Notes: generated by a model from the letters alone, not told the origin. A stretch of DNA of 64,000 bases from Octopus vulgaris (GCA_951406725.2 OX597831.1:24490001-24554000); one strand, 5' to 3'; shown: positions 25,693-38,179, counted from the stretch's first letter. A program made the numbers and translations.

Positions 25693-27074
25693 ATTACGAT
25701 CATGAGCCAAGTGCCCTAATCCCTAACCATGCTCCTTCACACTGACAAACAAGAGTAGTAGGCAAATCACCCTCAAATCATACCTTGCTGTCTTAAAAGA
25801 AAACGATTTTACATTACATAGTGCAGTTTTAGGTCCCAGGAAACTGATGGGATGGTCAAGGCTGGAACACCTTTGCTTATGGTTTTACTTGATCAGTAAA
25901 CCATTACTGCACACACTTCAGTCCACTTAAATCACTAATAACACCTTCCCATTATTCATTGTCTCCTATATCTTACTTCTATTATAATAAATAATTCAGC
26001 GTGACAGTCAAAGGATTGAAGCTTATCCAATGATGCCGTTTGTAATTAAATTATTTACTGTGTAAATATTTTCAAATCTAACTTAGAGGGGAAAAAAAAA
26101 TTAAAATAAAAGCAAAATAAAATCAAAAATAAAATAATTTTTTTTTTCTTAAAAAATAAGGAAAAATATATTATAAATAAATAGGATTTTAATACTAAAC
26201 AATAGCAAAAACAAAAATATATATATATATATTTAGCTTAATTTCTGGGAAAATGTGATAGAAAACTTTGGTAAATTTTTTTTTCATTTATCTTATCTTT
26301 TGAAGCTCTCAGGAAAATGTGAATGGATGCCTGCATTTTATTGTTGTTGTTGTTGCTGTCACAGTTGCTGTTGTTGTTGCTGCTGCTGCTGTTGTTGTTT
26401 ATTTGAAGTATTTTTTCCTTCCATTTTTAGTCGTTTAATTTGCTGATGTCAGCATTGGTATCTGGGGACGATTTGTAAAATTTGAATGAATGTATTTTTT
26501 TGTATTTTTTTATCACTGTTATATAATCATTTTTTTTTTTCCTGTTTTACCAGTTTTTTTTTTTTTGCATTCTAACATATGAGAGAATTGCATATTTTAT
26601 AAATTTATCCACACAGCAGATTCTTAGATTCATTTGTTTTTCTTTATATTTACTACTCCATCATGACAGTTTGAACAAAACTTTTAACTTTTTTTCCAAG
26701 CGTACGAAACCATGTGCAAATAACTTCTGCTGCAGTTTCAAATCAACCCGAGCTCTTTGTGAGTGAAATTAAGATGGACAGCAACTGTTTGGAAACCTAT
26801 CATTATGAACTTTATTTGTAATTCAAAGAGCCATCCTCGGTACACGCAGTGTCATTCTGATTCTGGCGAAGGATTTTATCAACGAAAATACAAGTTGCAT
26901 GTCAAAAAGTCAGCATTGACATTAAAATAGATTGAATAGGTAGTTAAATAGACGTGTGTGTATGTGTATGCATTCATACAAGCATATTTGTTTGTTCATT
27001 TTGCATTTTTTTTTACTTTGTGTTGCCATATGTTAGACAGACGCTTATTTGAAGCAGCATTTTACTGCTACAGG

Positions 27075-27890
27075 CTGATCTCAAAACATTGAGACGTATA
27101 GGAGATGACAGAGGACTGAGATATGTAGTACATAGTTGTACACAAGACCTGCCCACCATGAAAGAATTGAGATCCTAAAGCCAAGGTGTCACATAAAAAA
27201 AACCTTGTTTTGGTTGCTGGTGCCACATAAAAAGCACTGGTGCCCAGCACAAAAGAATTGAGATCCTAAAACCAAGGTGTCATATAAAAAACCTTGTTTT
27301 GAATACTGGTGCCACATAATAAGCACTGGTGCCCACCACAAAACAATTGAGATCCTAAAACCAAAGTGTCACATAAAAAAAACCTTATTTTGGGTGCTAG
27401 TGCCACATAAAAAGAACTGGTGCCCACCACAAAAGAATTGAGATCCTAAAACCAAAGTGTCACATAAAAAAAACCTTATTTTGGGTGCTAGTGCCACATA
27501 AAAAGAACTGGTGCCCACCACAAAACAATTGAGATCTTAAAACCAAGGAGTCACATGAAAAAAAACCTTGTTTTGGGTGCTGGTGCCACATAAAAAGCAC
27601 TGGTGCCCAGCACAAAAGAATTGAGATCCTAAAACCATGGTGTCATATAAAAAACCTTGTTTTGAATACTGGTGCCACATAATAAGCACTGGTGCTTGTG
27701 CCATGTAAGAAGCACCCAGTACACTTTGTAGAGTGGTTGACATTAGGAAGGGCATCCAGCTGTAGAAACCAGGCTAAAACAGACTACAGAACCTGACATG
27801 GCTCTTGGCCTTACCAGTTCTGCCAAGCCATCCAACCCATGCCAGCATGGAAACTGGATGTTAAATGTTGATGATGATGATGACGATATA
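27075..27890 (+). mobile_element. RTE LINE 3' end containing a minisatellite
   Basis: ggttgacattaggaagggcatccagctgtagaaac...cccatgccagcatgg...(GAT)n tail as in 51963-52680. Confidence 0.85.
27150..27695 (+). repeat. 89-92-bp minisatellite, 6 copies
   Basis: aaa(g/c)aattgagatc at 27161, 27252, 27341, 27432, 27523, 27615. Confidence 0.95.
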
Positions 27891-28107
27891 TATAGAGAGT
27901 TTAAGTCGTCTGATAAAGATTAGTAGGTTGAAACTTCGAAGTCACTCTCACTTTTCTTCTTGCAAAATACATTTGTGTGTCTATAAAGGAACATACACAG
28001 AGATTCTTTAATGAGGCTTGGATTCTAGCATTCTTTGATATTGATTCCTGAAACACTGGCAATATTCTCATGCAGGAATAGTTAGTACATTCCCTTCATG
28101 TTCATTT

Positions 28108-28330
28108 AATCTCTTTATTGCCCACAGGGGGCTAAACATAGAGGGGATATACAAGGAGATTAAGTCGATCACATTGACCCCCAGTGCGTAATTGGTACTT
28201 ATTTAATCGACCCCGAAAGGATGAAAAGCAAAGTCAACGTCAGCGGAATTTGAACTCAGAACATAAAGACAGACGAAATGGTGCCAAACATTTCACCCGG
28301 TGTGCTAACATTTCTGCCAGCTCGCTGCCC
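28108..28330 (-). mobile_element. family B SINE
   Basis: tail ctttattgcccacaggggg, Meta-like core, head. Confidence 0.9.
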
Positions 28331-28502
28331 TAGTTCATGTTCATTTAAATGCAGCAGCATCTAAGGATGGCAAGTAAAGAATTCAAAATAACAACACATC
28401 CAGCATCAGCATCTAATTTCAATTTCTGTTCAGAAACATAGCAACATACATACAACATATCTGAACTCAAGTGCTACCATTTTATAATCCAGTACTTTAT
28501 TC

Positions 28503-29030
28503 ATATTGGCTTCAAATTTTGGTACCGGGCCAGCAAGTTCAGGAGATGGTGAGAGTTGATTAATTCAACCCCAGTACTAAACTGGTACTTATTTTATCAA
28601 TCCTGCAAGATTTCCTTCTCGAGCCATGCCTGGCTCACAAGGGCCAGTTTCCCAGTTTCCTTGGCATATAGGTTCCCCACCTGGATGGGATGCCAGTCCG
28701 TCGCAGGTGAGCTGCAAGATGCAGGAGGAAAGAGTGAGAGAAAGTTGTGGTGAAAGAGTCAGCAGACGCTTGCCATTACCTTCTGCCGGTGCCGCATGGA
28801 GCTTAGGTGTTTCACTCATGAACACACACATCGCCTGGTCTGAGATTCGAACCTGCGATCCCTCGACTGCAAGTTCGCAGCTCTAACCACTAGGCCATGT
28901 GCCTCCACAATCCTGAAAGGATGAAAGCCAAAGTCAACCTTGGCAGGATTTGAACCCAGAATGCAAAGATGGATCAAATGCTGCTCAGCGTTTTGCCTTG
29001 CATGCTAATGACTTTGCCAGCTGACTGCCT
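28503..29030 (-). mobile_element. family B SINE interrupted by a family C SINE
   Basis: core split at tcaatcctg|aaaggatgaaag. Confidence 0.85.
28610..28907 (-). mobile_element. family C SINE with V-domain-like 3' half
   Basis: TSD caatcctg(c/a)aag 28598-28609 / 28908-28919; tRNA head ggaggcacatggcctagtggttagagc..ggttcgaatc. Confidence 0.9.
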
Positions 29031-29424
29031 TATACTTTATTTATATCAATTCTGCTTACATTTAATGGTGCTAAGAGTCAGTAGTTCTAAATTCTTTGTA
29101 GTGTTAAGCAGATAAAACATCTTTTCATAGATGAGAAACTTGTTTGCCAGAAACATTTAAGTGGTTATATTCAATAAGTACATGAGTGAAAAATACTAAG
29201 CCATAATAAACTAATAACATCATAAAGTGACTGCAGCATGGAAGATACAAGTTAGCCATCCAGCAACAAGCAAAAACTGTTAACTTTACTTAAACATTTA
29301 CTTGTAAAATAGTGTTGAAATTTTTGTTGCTCAAAACTGTGACCTGTTCGCTGAAAATAAAAATATGTTGCACGTTTTTTTCAGTGAACAGATTGCACTT
29401 TTGAGTGATAAAAATTTTTATACT

Positions 29425-29890
29425 AAATTGGTTTCGTATTTTGGTACAATTCCAGCTATTTGTGGGGGGGGGGGGGGGCAAGTTGATTGCATCAACCCCA
29501 GTGCTTGGCTGGTAATTATTTTATCAGCCCTCAAAAGGACGGAAGGCAAAGTCAGCCTCAGTCGGATTTGAACTCAGAATGGAGAGACAGATAAAATGCT
29601 GCTAAGCACTTTTGCTTGGTGCACTAGCAATTCTTATATCTTTTCTGCCCACAAGGGGCTACACACAGAGGGGACAAACAAGGACAGACAAACAGATTAA
29701 GTCGATTATATCGACCCTAGTGCATAACTGGTACTTATTTAATCAACCCCGAAAGGATGAAAGGCAAAGTCGACCTTTTTGAACTCAGAACGTAACGGCA
29801 GATGAAATACTGCTAAGCATTTCACCCAGCATGCTAACGTTTCTGCCAGCTCACCACCTTTTGTCAATTCTGTCATCTCACTGCCTTAAA
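29425..29890 (-). mobile_element. family B SINE nested in another family B SINE
   Basis: host 29425-29633 resumes after ~29864 (caattct duplicated); insert ~29636-29860. Confidence 0.8.
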
Positions 29891-30690
29891 TCTTAACACC
29901 ATATTAGGAACAAAGATTTAAATGAAGTTAACAGCCTTTGTGCATTTTTGAATGAATTGTTCTGCTCAAATGGACTCAGTGAAATGAAAGCAAAGTCCTT
30001 CAAAGTTGTAAATATTCTGCCTTTTATTTCAGGCATATTGTATCCAGAGTTACATAATTCAATTAATCTGCCTTAATTTGTGATGGTAGAATTCATTTCA
30101 AGAACAATTTACCAGCTATTTTCTTTAGGTCTTGTTGTCACCTAACTCCCAAAGCAACCCTGATTCTGTTGCAGCCCAATGGTAAAAACTATTCCAGCCA
30201 TAACCATTTGGTTCTTTATATTCAAAAAGGCCATATCCTCTAATGTATTCTTCCCTTCTTCTGTTTTCATTAGACCGCAGATTGTTATTTTGAAAGTTAT
30301 TTGGCTGCTATTTTTAGCAGGTCTAGTGGCTACAAAGAAGCTTCCTTGCTGGCTCAAGAAGGTTACTTAGTGTATGAAGAGTAGTCATTGGAAGGAATTA
30401 ATTATTTAGATATTTCATCAGAGAAGCTAAGAGGTGTCAGAGAAAAAATTGTGATTAGACACATTGCACTCTAGGGGACAGTGAACTGGAATGGTTTCAG
30501 ATTGAAGTTAATGGAGTTGTTCCAAATTGGCAAAATGGTGTCATATTTTTTACAGCTACATCTGTTGTTTTTGTTGTTATTGTTTGCGGTGGTATTGTTG
30601 ATGTTTGCAACAGCGAAATAGAAACCTTATCTAGAACCGATATGTATGTTTAATGTCACTGCTCCCCAGCCTAGCATAAAAAAAAAAAAG

Positions 30691-30729
<39 letters not shown>

Positions 30730-31649
30730 TTTCTCTCCCTCCCTCTCTCTGTCCATTATCTCCGCATATGAATTTCTGCTTTCGATTACACCCACATGTG
30801 CGCTCAGATATCAGCTAATGAGGCAATATGATCGTGATTACAATGAATTAAATATGAGACAATTAGATACAAAAAAAAATTAAATAAAATAATTGTGAGC
30901 ATGTATCTATTCATGTATATGTGTTTGTTGTTATTTTGATCTTTCCATATATGAAAATCTTTTCTAAAGAATCTTATGTTATTTGTATAAATATGTCATG
31001 TATGCACATATATTTGCATCCAGATATCTTTGAAAGTCATCAGCATTTGTGTTATGCATACATTACATGCATGAATCCATGTCATTTAGGCTTCACAGAT
31101 GTACTGGCAAAGGATCAAAATATAGTGACAGCTGCTATATTTGCAAATGTACCCTATCCATGCTTTGATAGATAAAAAGGATTTATTTAGCATATTTTCT
31201 TTTTGTACACAAATATTATGTAAAATGATTTTCTAGAAGAATATGGGCTTTCTCCTTGCTGGGTCTACTTCCTGCTTCTGAACCTGAACACTACAACAAG
31301 TAGAGTTGGAGTGCAACCTTCCATCAGCTCATTAATTTTATATTAGGATAGTTGGCTTTCCTCAGTTTTAGAATCATAAACACAAATATTTGGTTGTCAG
31401 AACGGTGCCTATAGGGACTACAACCTCTACATTACGTTAGAGGTTATGTTCTTATATTCAATTAATTAATATTGCAGTGTGGTGCATTATGTAATTCTTG
31501 TTGTACACACATTGTCGAAGGTATACCACAGAATGAATTAATCTGAACTTCACTGCAGCATACAGATAGACATTCTGAGAAAGAGATTCTGACTTTATGG
31601 AAGCAGTATGAGACTGAAATTGACTGAAATTCTGCTCCTTCTCTTTTTA

Positions 31650-31858
31650 GTACTGCCAGCCTGGCCCTCGTGCTGGTGGCATGTAAAAGCATCCACTACA
31701 CTCTCGGGGTGGTTGGCATTAGGAAGGGCATCCAGCTGTAGAAACTCTGCCAGATCAGATTGGAACCTGGTGCAGCCATCTGGTTCGCCAGTCCTCAGTC
31801 AAGTCGTCCAACCCATGCTGGCATAGAAAGCAGACGTTAAATGATGATGATGATGATA
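31650..31858 (+). mobile_element. RTE 3' UTR fragment
   Basis: ggtggcatgtaaaagc, aggaagggcatccagctgtagaaac, (GAT)n. Confidence 0.85.
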
Positions 31859-32194
31859 CTTCATTTAGGATTATTTATCAGTGCCAAATCACCTGAGACT
31901 ATCTCTGGTTCTGTTAGACAAAATCTATATTTCAAAATGGCTATATTTAAATTAAAACCTATTAAATTTTATATCAGCAGATTTTAGATTATGTTCCAAA
32001 CACTAGCTAAATAATACGCAATTTATTTAGTTTCCTATGCCTCACCATGGCTATGTGGTTAAGAACTTCCATTCATGACATCATAGTTTAGGAATCACTC
32101 TTACTGCTCTACTGTAGGCAAGTGTCTTCTACAGCCTGAAGCTAACCAGTGCCTTGCAAGTGGATTTGGTAAGCAGAAACAGTAAGAAACACTA

Positions 32195-32438
32195 AGGCAG
32201 CAAGTTGGCAGAGACGTTAGCATGCCGGGCGAAATGCTTAGCGGTATTTCGTCTGCTGTTATGTTATGTTCTGAGTTCAAATTCCGCCGAGGTCAACTTT
32301 GCCTTTCATCCTTTCGGAGTTGATAGATTAAGAAACAGTTTTTTTGCACTGGGGTCGATGTAATCGACTTAATCCATTTGTCTGTCCTTGTTTGTCCCCT
32401 CTGTGTGTAACCCCTTGGGGGCAGTAAAGAAATAAGAA
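32195..32438 (+). mobile_element. family B SINE
   Basis: complete head-core-tail. Confidence 0.9.
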
Positions 32439-32569
32439 ATAGTAAGATGCTTGTCACATGCACACGTGTGTGTGTGCATGTCTCTGTGTGTTCTTGCACA
32501 TGCACATGTGTTTGGGCTTTTCTCTTGTCTTGGTGTTATTTGCTTGTAAAGAAGTTCCCCATCCATACA

Positions 32570-32973
32570 AATAAACCTTTCTACTAAAATCTCAAGGCCT
32601 GAAATTTTGGAGGAGGTGGGCAGCCGATTAGATTGATCCCAGTACACAACTGGTACTTAATTTATCGACCCCAAAAGGATGAAAGGCAAAGCTGACCTCG
32701 GCGGAATTAGAATTCAGAACATAGCGACAGGCGAAATACCTATTTCTTTACTGCCCACAAGGGGTTACACACAGAGACAACAAACAAGGACAGACAAACG
32801 GATTAAGTCGATTATATTGACCCCAGTGCGTAACTGGTACTTATTTAATCGACCCCGAAAGGATGAAAGGCAAAGTTAACCTCAGCGGAATTTGAACTCA
32901 GAACATAGAAGTAGATGAAATACCGCCAAGTATTTTGTCCAGCTTGCTAACAATTCTGCCAGCACACCACCTT
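32570..32973 (-). mobile_element. dimeric family B SINE with two different tails
   Basis: junction gaaatacctatttc at 32733-32746. Confidence 0.88.
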
Positions 32974-33354
32974 ACAAGTAATATCGTTATTTACAATCTG
33001 GTGTGAAAACATGTTTGGACATTGAGTAGTTTATTGTCTGACGACGTAGAAGAATATGGCTTACCTGAAACAGGTGAGGGTCAGTAACAAGAACATTATC
33101 TGGTAGTAGAATGTCCACCTCAGTCAGCTTCATCTGACCTATGTTAGCATGGGAAAATGGGCATCGAAATACAGATGATCATGATGATATCTCATTGAAT
33201 TCTTCTGAAGTTTTAATTAACTTGAACTCTCTAATGCATTCCTTAATAAATTCAAATACAAAGTCATATCAATATCTATATGATATAATTGGTTTTTTGT
33301 CTATACAATCTGTTTATAAATTTGTAAAATCCTTCCTCTGCATCAACTGCTTAA

Positions 33355-33576
33355 CCCTTTTGTTACTGTATTTATTATGAGATGCTCTGTGTTTCTTTCA
33401 ATTAATTTTAAATATAACAAAGAATTTAGTAAAATAACTTAGTTATCATTAAGCTTGTGTTAGGAAAGTAAATTGTGACTAAGGTTTGATGGAAGATTTT
33501 AATTCAAAACTCATGAAAACAAGACATTTGTACTACAGAGCCAGAGCCTGTTTTAGACGGGTTAGTAACAAAAGGG
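33355..33576 (+). mobile_element. piggyBac-like TTAA MITE
   Basis: TTAA|cccttttgttact ... agtaacaaaaggg|taaa; same family at 39335 and 63631. Confidence 0.85.
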
Positions 33577-34407
33577 TAAAATAAAAACTGATAATGTGTG
33601 TCTCAAAATGTGTGTCTTAAAACAACCAGAAGTATGAAGCAGATAAGAAATGAATCTCTGCTCTGAAGAAGCCATTTGTCAAATACCTAATATCTAATAC
33701 TGATAGCATTTGTTGAACATCCATTTTCCAAATAGCTGGAAACTAACCTTAGGCAGAATATAGAATTAAGCATTTCTCTCCAAGACATACGATAATCTAT
33801 TTGTATCTGATATGAACATGAAATCCGTGAGATGATGATTCAACACCAAAATATACAGTCATTTTGCTATTACATTTCCAATGAAAGGTTACCTAATATT
33901 ATTGAATATATTTAAAGTGTAAATATATGCTGCCCTTTGAAAAGTAACTCTTTCAAACTATTTGACTGTCAGCTGGAGATTACAATCTCCCTAAAGCTGC
34001 TTTGAAGTTAATCAACTCCTTGTTTTTCTCTTAGAATGCACCTGCATTTATGCTGCAAGCTGATGCAAAACTTTATCTGTGTCTTAGGGGAAACCTACAA
34101 TTATATATATATATCAGGGTTACGCAGACTTCGGTTTTCTCGCTTTATTTTTGGAAATGATTTATCTTGTACCCAATTTGCTCCTGGAGATATTTCTTGA
34201 AGAACTTGGCAGTAACGTCAAGATCGATGCCTGCTGAATGAGACATTAACTTGTATGTTTACACAAACATGCCAAGTATGCTTATATTGCATAGAATAAG
34301 TGTATATTGATAGGTACACTTTGAATATACAGCTACTTATTTATACAACAACCTTTTTAAAGGTTCTAGAAGTATGCATTCTTTGTTCTTTTTACATGTA
34401 AATTTAG

Positions 34408-34597
34408 GAAAACCATGACCTAGTGGTTAGGCTGTTGGACTCGTGATCATCAGATCGAGGGTTCAATTCCCAGACTGGGTGATGCATTGTGTTCTTGAGC
34501 AAAACACTTCATTTCCTGTTACTCCAGTCCCCGTTTCAATCAGGGTGGAATGTTGGCCTGCTTGCCTAGCCACTGGGGTGGAATTGTTTGAAGGCTA
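34408..34597 (+). mobile_element. tRNA-headed SINE remnant
   Basis: tagtggttagg...ggttcaattccc...ttgagcaaaacacttcattt. Confidence 0.75.
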
Positions 34598-34607
34598 ATA
34601 ATAATAA

Positions 34608-34785
34608 TAACAACATCGAAAAATACCTTAGGAATGAGAACCCAGGTTCGAAATTTCCCCAAGACACATGATGAAGGCTGGAGAGTATATCAGCCGAGAC
34701 GCTGTGTTAACAAGAAAAAAAGATGACAAATATCCGTCAAATGTAAATAATGTACATAATTCTTCATCTCTTAAATATAGAATTG
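34608..34785 (+). mobile_element. Penelope-like terminal fragment with hammerhead motif (34662-34708)
   Basis: acac-(A)TGATGA-a-ggctg-gagagtatat-cagcc-GA(G)A-cgct-gtgt. Confidence 0.7.
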
Positions 34786-34791
34786 TAATAT

Positions 34792-34842
<51 letters not shown>

Positions 34843-34847
<5 letters not shown>

Positions 34848-35015
34848 AGAGTTTATGAAAAAGACAAAAGATGAAGACAGGTGGTGTACAAAACAAACAG
34901 ATGTATTAGTATAACGCTCAGGAATAGAAAAAGTCTTTTATATTTCGAGCCTACGCTCTTCTACAGAAAGGGACACAGAAAAATCAAGGAGAGAAAAAAA
35001 TGTGTGTAGTGGCTA
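34843..35015 (-). mobile_element. Penelope-like fragment next to a TA tract, with hammerhead-like motif (34934-34971)
   Basis: minus strand cttt-CTGTAGA-a-gagc-gtag-gctc-GAAA-taTA-aaag; related to 5175-5387. Confidence 0.65.
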
Positions 35016-35019
35016 TAAA

Positions 35020-35190
35020 TACATATATACGACGGGCTTCTTTCAGTTTCCGCCTACAAAATCCACTCACAAGGCTTCAGTCAGCCCGAGGCTATAGTAG
35101 AAGACACTTGCCCAAGGTGCCACGCTGTGGGACTGAACCCAAAACTATGTGGTTCATAAGCAAGCTACTTACCACACAGCCACTCCTACA
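35020..35190 (-). mobile_element. family A SINE 5' half
   Basis: reverse complement of head. Confidence 0.88.
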
Positions 35191-35660
35191 ATCTATTATA
35201 TTTTTATAATTAATATTATTAAGAATTGTATAAAGAAAATTGTTAAAATATTTTGTGTAATGTAGAAATATAAACTATTTATTGTGCATATACTTTAAGA
35301 ACAAATTCTTATATGAACCCCTCAATGGCCATACGGAACCTGGTTGCGTACTACTGAGTTAGACAATATACATTCATACTTTCATATGTGCACATCACTA
35401 CATGAATTTTTTTCACACATGCAGTAATGAATGTGTCTTACTCATTAGAAATAGCAGCTAAATCTCCCACAAATTAGCCCATGCCATCTTAGAAATAGAT
35501 GTAGTTTATCTACAATATCATCAACAGTCAAATAATATATACTCACGTGTGTACATGTGCATGTGTGTATGTGTGTGTGTCTGTGTGTGCATGTGTTTAG
35601 CAGCTAATATGTATGTGTATGCTTTGTGCTAGTAACATGTATGCATGCATGTGTGTTATA

Positions 35661-35882
35661 TTAGGGGTTGCTGAAAAGCTCCTGGCTTTAAGGTTATTTA
35701 TTGGGTAAGGCCTGATTGGGGGCCAAACCCTTCTGAGTTCTTTTATGGGGTTTAAGAAAACTGAAGGGCTGCTGCAGTAAGTGTGTGACTCTGAGAGGGG
35801 AATATGTTTAATAAAATCATAATTAACTGGTCCTCCTGTATTTTCTTTTATCTAAAACCAGAAACTTTTGAGCACCACCTCG
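35661..35882 (+). mobile_element. mariner-derived MITE (family of 711-927)
   Basis: TIRs and body match. Confidence 0.85.
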
Positions 35883-35934
35883 TGTGTGTGTGTGTGTGTG
35901 AGTGTGCATGTGCATGCATGTGTATGTGTATGTA

Positions 35935-36277
35935 TACTCTTTTACTTGTTTCAGTCATTTCATTGCGGCCATGCTGGAGCACCGCCTTTAGTCGAGCAAA
36001 TCGAACCCCAGGACTTATTCTTTGTAAGCCCAGTACTTATTCTATTGGTCTGTTTTGCCGAACCGCTAAGTGACGGGGACATAAACACACCAGCATCGGT
36101 TGTCAAGCAATGCTAGGGGGACAATCACACAAACACACACACACACACATATATACATATATACGACAGGCTTCTTTCAGTTTCCGTCTACCAAATCCAC
36201 TCACAAGGCATTGGTCGGCCCGGGGCTACAGCAGAAGACACGTGCCCAAGATGCCACGCAGTGGGACTGAACCCGGA
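35935..36277 (-). mobile_element. family A SINE, 5' truncated
   Basis: tail and body match. Confidence 0.9.
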
Positions 36278-37020
36278 AGTGTCTTTTTTGCTCTTTTTTT
36301 TCTAGTTTATTCCATTATTCAATGTTTCTGTTGCAGAAGGCCATACACAAGAGAGTCATTACATGTTCCAGAAATATACTTCACACAAAATTACTCTGAT
36401 ATACATACACACACACCCAATATTATATGTAACATATATTTATTCAAATGTCACATACACACACACATACAAACACAAATGCACACACATGAAAATTTAT
36501 AACAAACAAAACAAACTGTTTAATGAAAAATCTGAAATTTTAAACAGGTTTAAGACATTAAATCGTTTATGTTAGATGGAACCACAGAGAAGAGTTAATG
36601 TCACAAAACAGACAAATTAATGTAGCTATAAAGACTGTTCTGTTTGTTGAAAACACAGGCCAAAGGTATTAAACGTATAAGTCTCTTAACAAGTAATTCC
36701 CGAACATTAAAAGTCAAACATGGTAATACCTCTTATAAGAAGATATATTTGCCAAGATGCCCATCTTCCATTTAGATGGCAGGACATTATTGCAAATGTA
36801 TTGAAATAAAATGTCTACAATAGCCAATGGCAGTTAGTCACAACACATGCACACACACACATACACGCACACAAGACATAGCCACACATGCATGTAAACA
36901 AACTAATGCATACATACACATTTACACACAAACACACACACACACAAACACAGATATGTGTATGTATAAGGAAGAGTCTTTATGCAACTATATCTATCTG
37001 TCTATCAATCTCTCTCTCTC

Positions 37021-37445
37021 TCATCATCATCATCATTTAACGTCCGCTTTCCATGCTAGCATGGGTTGGATGATTTGACTGAGGACTGGCGAACCAGATG
37101 GCAGCACCAGGCTCCAAGCTTGATCTGGCAGAGTTTCTACAGCTGGATGCCCTTCCTAATGCCAACCACTCTGAGAGTGTAGTGGGTGCTTTTACGTTCC
37201 ACCGGCATGAGGGCCAGTCTCGCAGTACTGGCAACGGCCACAAAAAATCGTTATATATATATATATATATATGCACATATACATATATATATACACACAT
37301 CTGTTTTCTATGCTGGCATGGGTTGTACAGCTTGACTTGGGCTGGCAAAGCCATGCCCTGCACCAGATTCCATAGTCTGTTTTTGGCTTGGTATCTACAC
37401 TTGACCCTCTTCCTAATGCCAAGCACTTTACAAAATGTACTGAGA
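37021..37445 (-). mobile_element. two RTE 3' UTR fragments
   Basis: (CAT)n, catgctagcatggg, cagctggatgcccttcct; second diverged copy 37300-37445. Confidence 0.85.
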
Positions 37446-37544
37446 CCCTTTGACAAGCATTCTGTTATAACACATAATACGTACACACAATAGCCACACA
37501 TATACATTCTAAATATTGTGCAAATAGATATTCATTAATAGACA

Positions 37545-37935
37545 AAGGCTGTGTGGTAAGTTGTTTGCTTATGAACCACATGGTTCCGGGTTCAGTCCCA
37601 CTGTGTGGCACCTTGGGCAAGTGTCTTCTACTATAGCCTCGGGTCGACCAAAGCCTTGTGAGTGGATTTGGTAGATGGAAACTGAAAGAAGCCCGTTGTA
37701 TATTTATATATAAGTGTGTGTGTATACGTTTGTGTGTCTGTGTTTGTTCCCCCAACATCGCTTGACAACTGATGCTGGAGTGTTTACATCCCCGTAACTT
37801 AGCAGTTCGGCAAAAAGAAACTGATAGAATAAGTATTAGGCTTACAAAGAATAAGTCCTGGGGTCGATTTGCTCGACAAAAGGCAGTGCTCCTGCATGGC
37901 CACAATCAAATGACTGAAACAAGTAAAGAGTAAAA
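37545..37935 (+). mobile_element. family A SINE
   Basis: collinear with 3315-3740. Confidence 0.9.
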
Positions 37936-38179
37936 AGTATACATATACACAATTGAACATATGATAAAACAACAAAAAAGTAAAGAACAAAGAAACTATG
38001 TACAGATGAAATAAGAGATCCTATATTTGAAAAGCAGATGGAGGTAAGGATAGAGAGTGTTGATAGCTGTAAATGAGAGCGTCAATAATACTGTTGCCTA
38101 ACCCATGCTAGCATGAAAAGTAAACGTAAAACTGAAAAAATATATGTGATAAACATTATCATTCCTTGTTTTCTTCATA

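Noticed and set aside
26255-26446. Cys-rich metallothionein-like ORF
   Set aside because: Poly-Cys arises from a (TGT/TGC)n microsatellite
27150-27695. CRISPR-like array
   Set aside because: Units repeat in full with no unique spacers, lie in an RTE 3' UTR, and the context is eukaryotic with no cas genes
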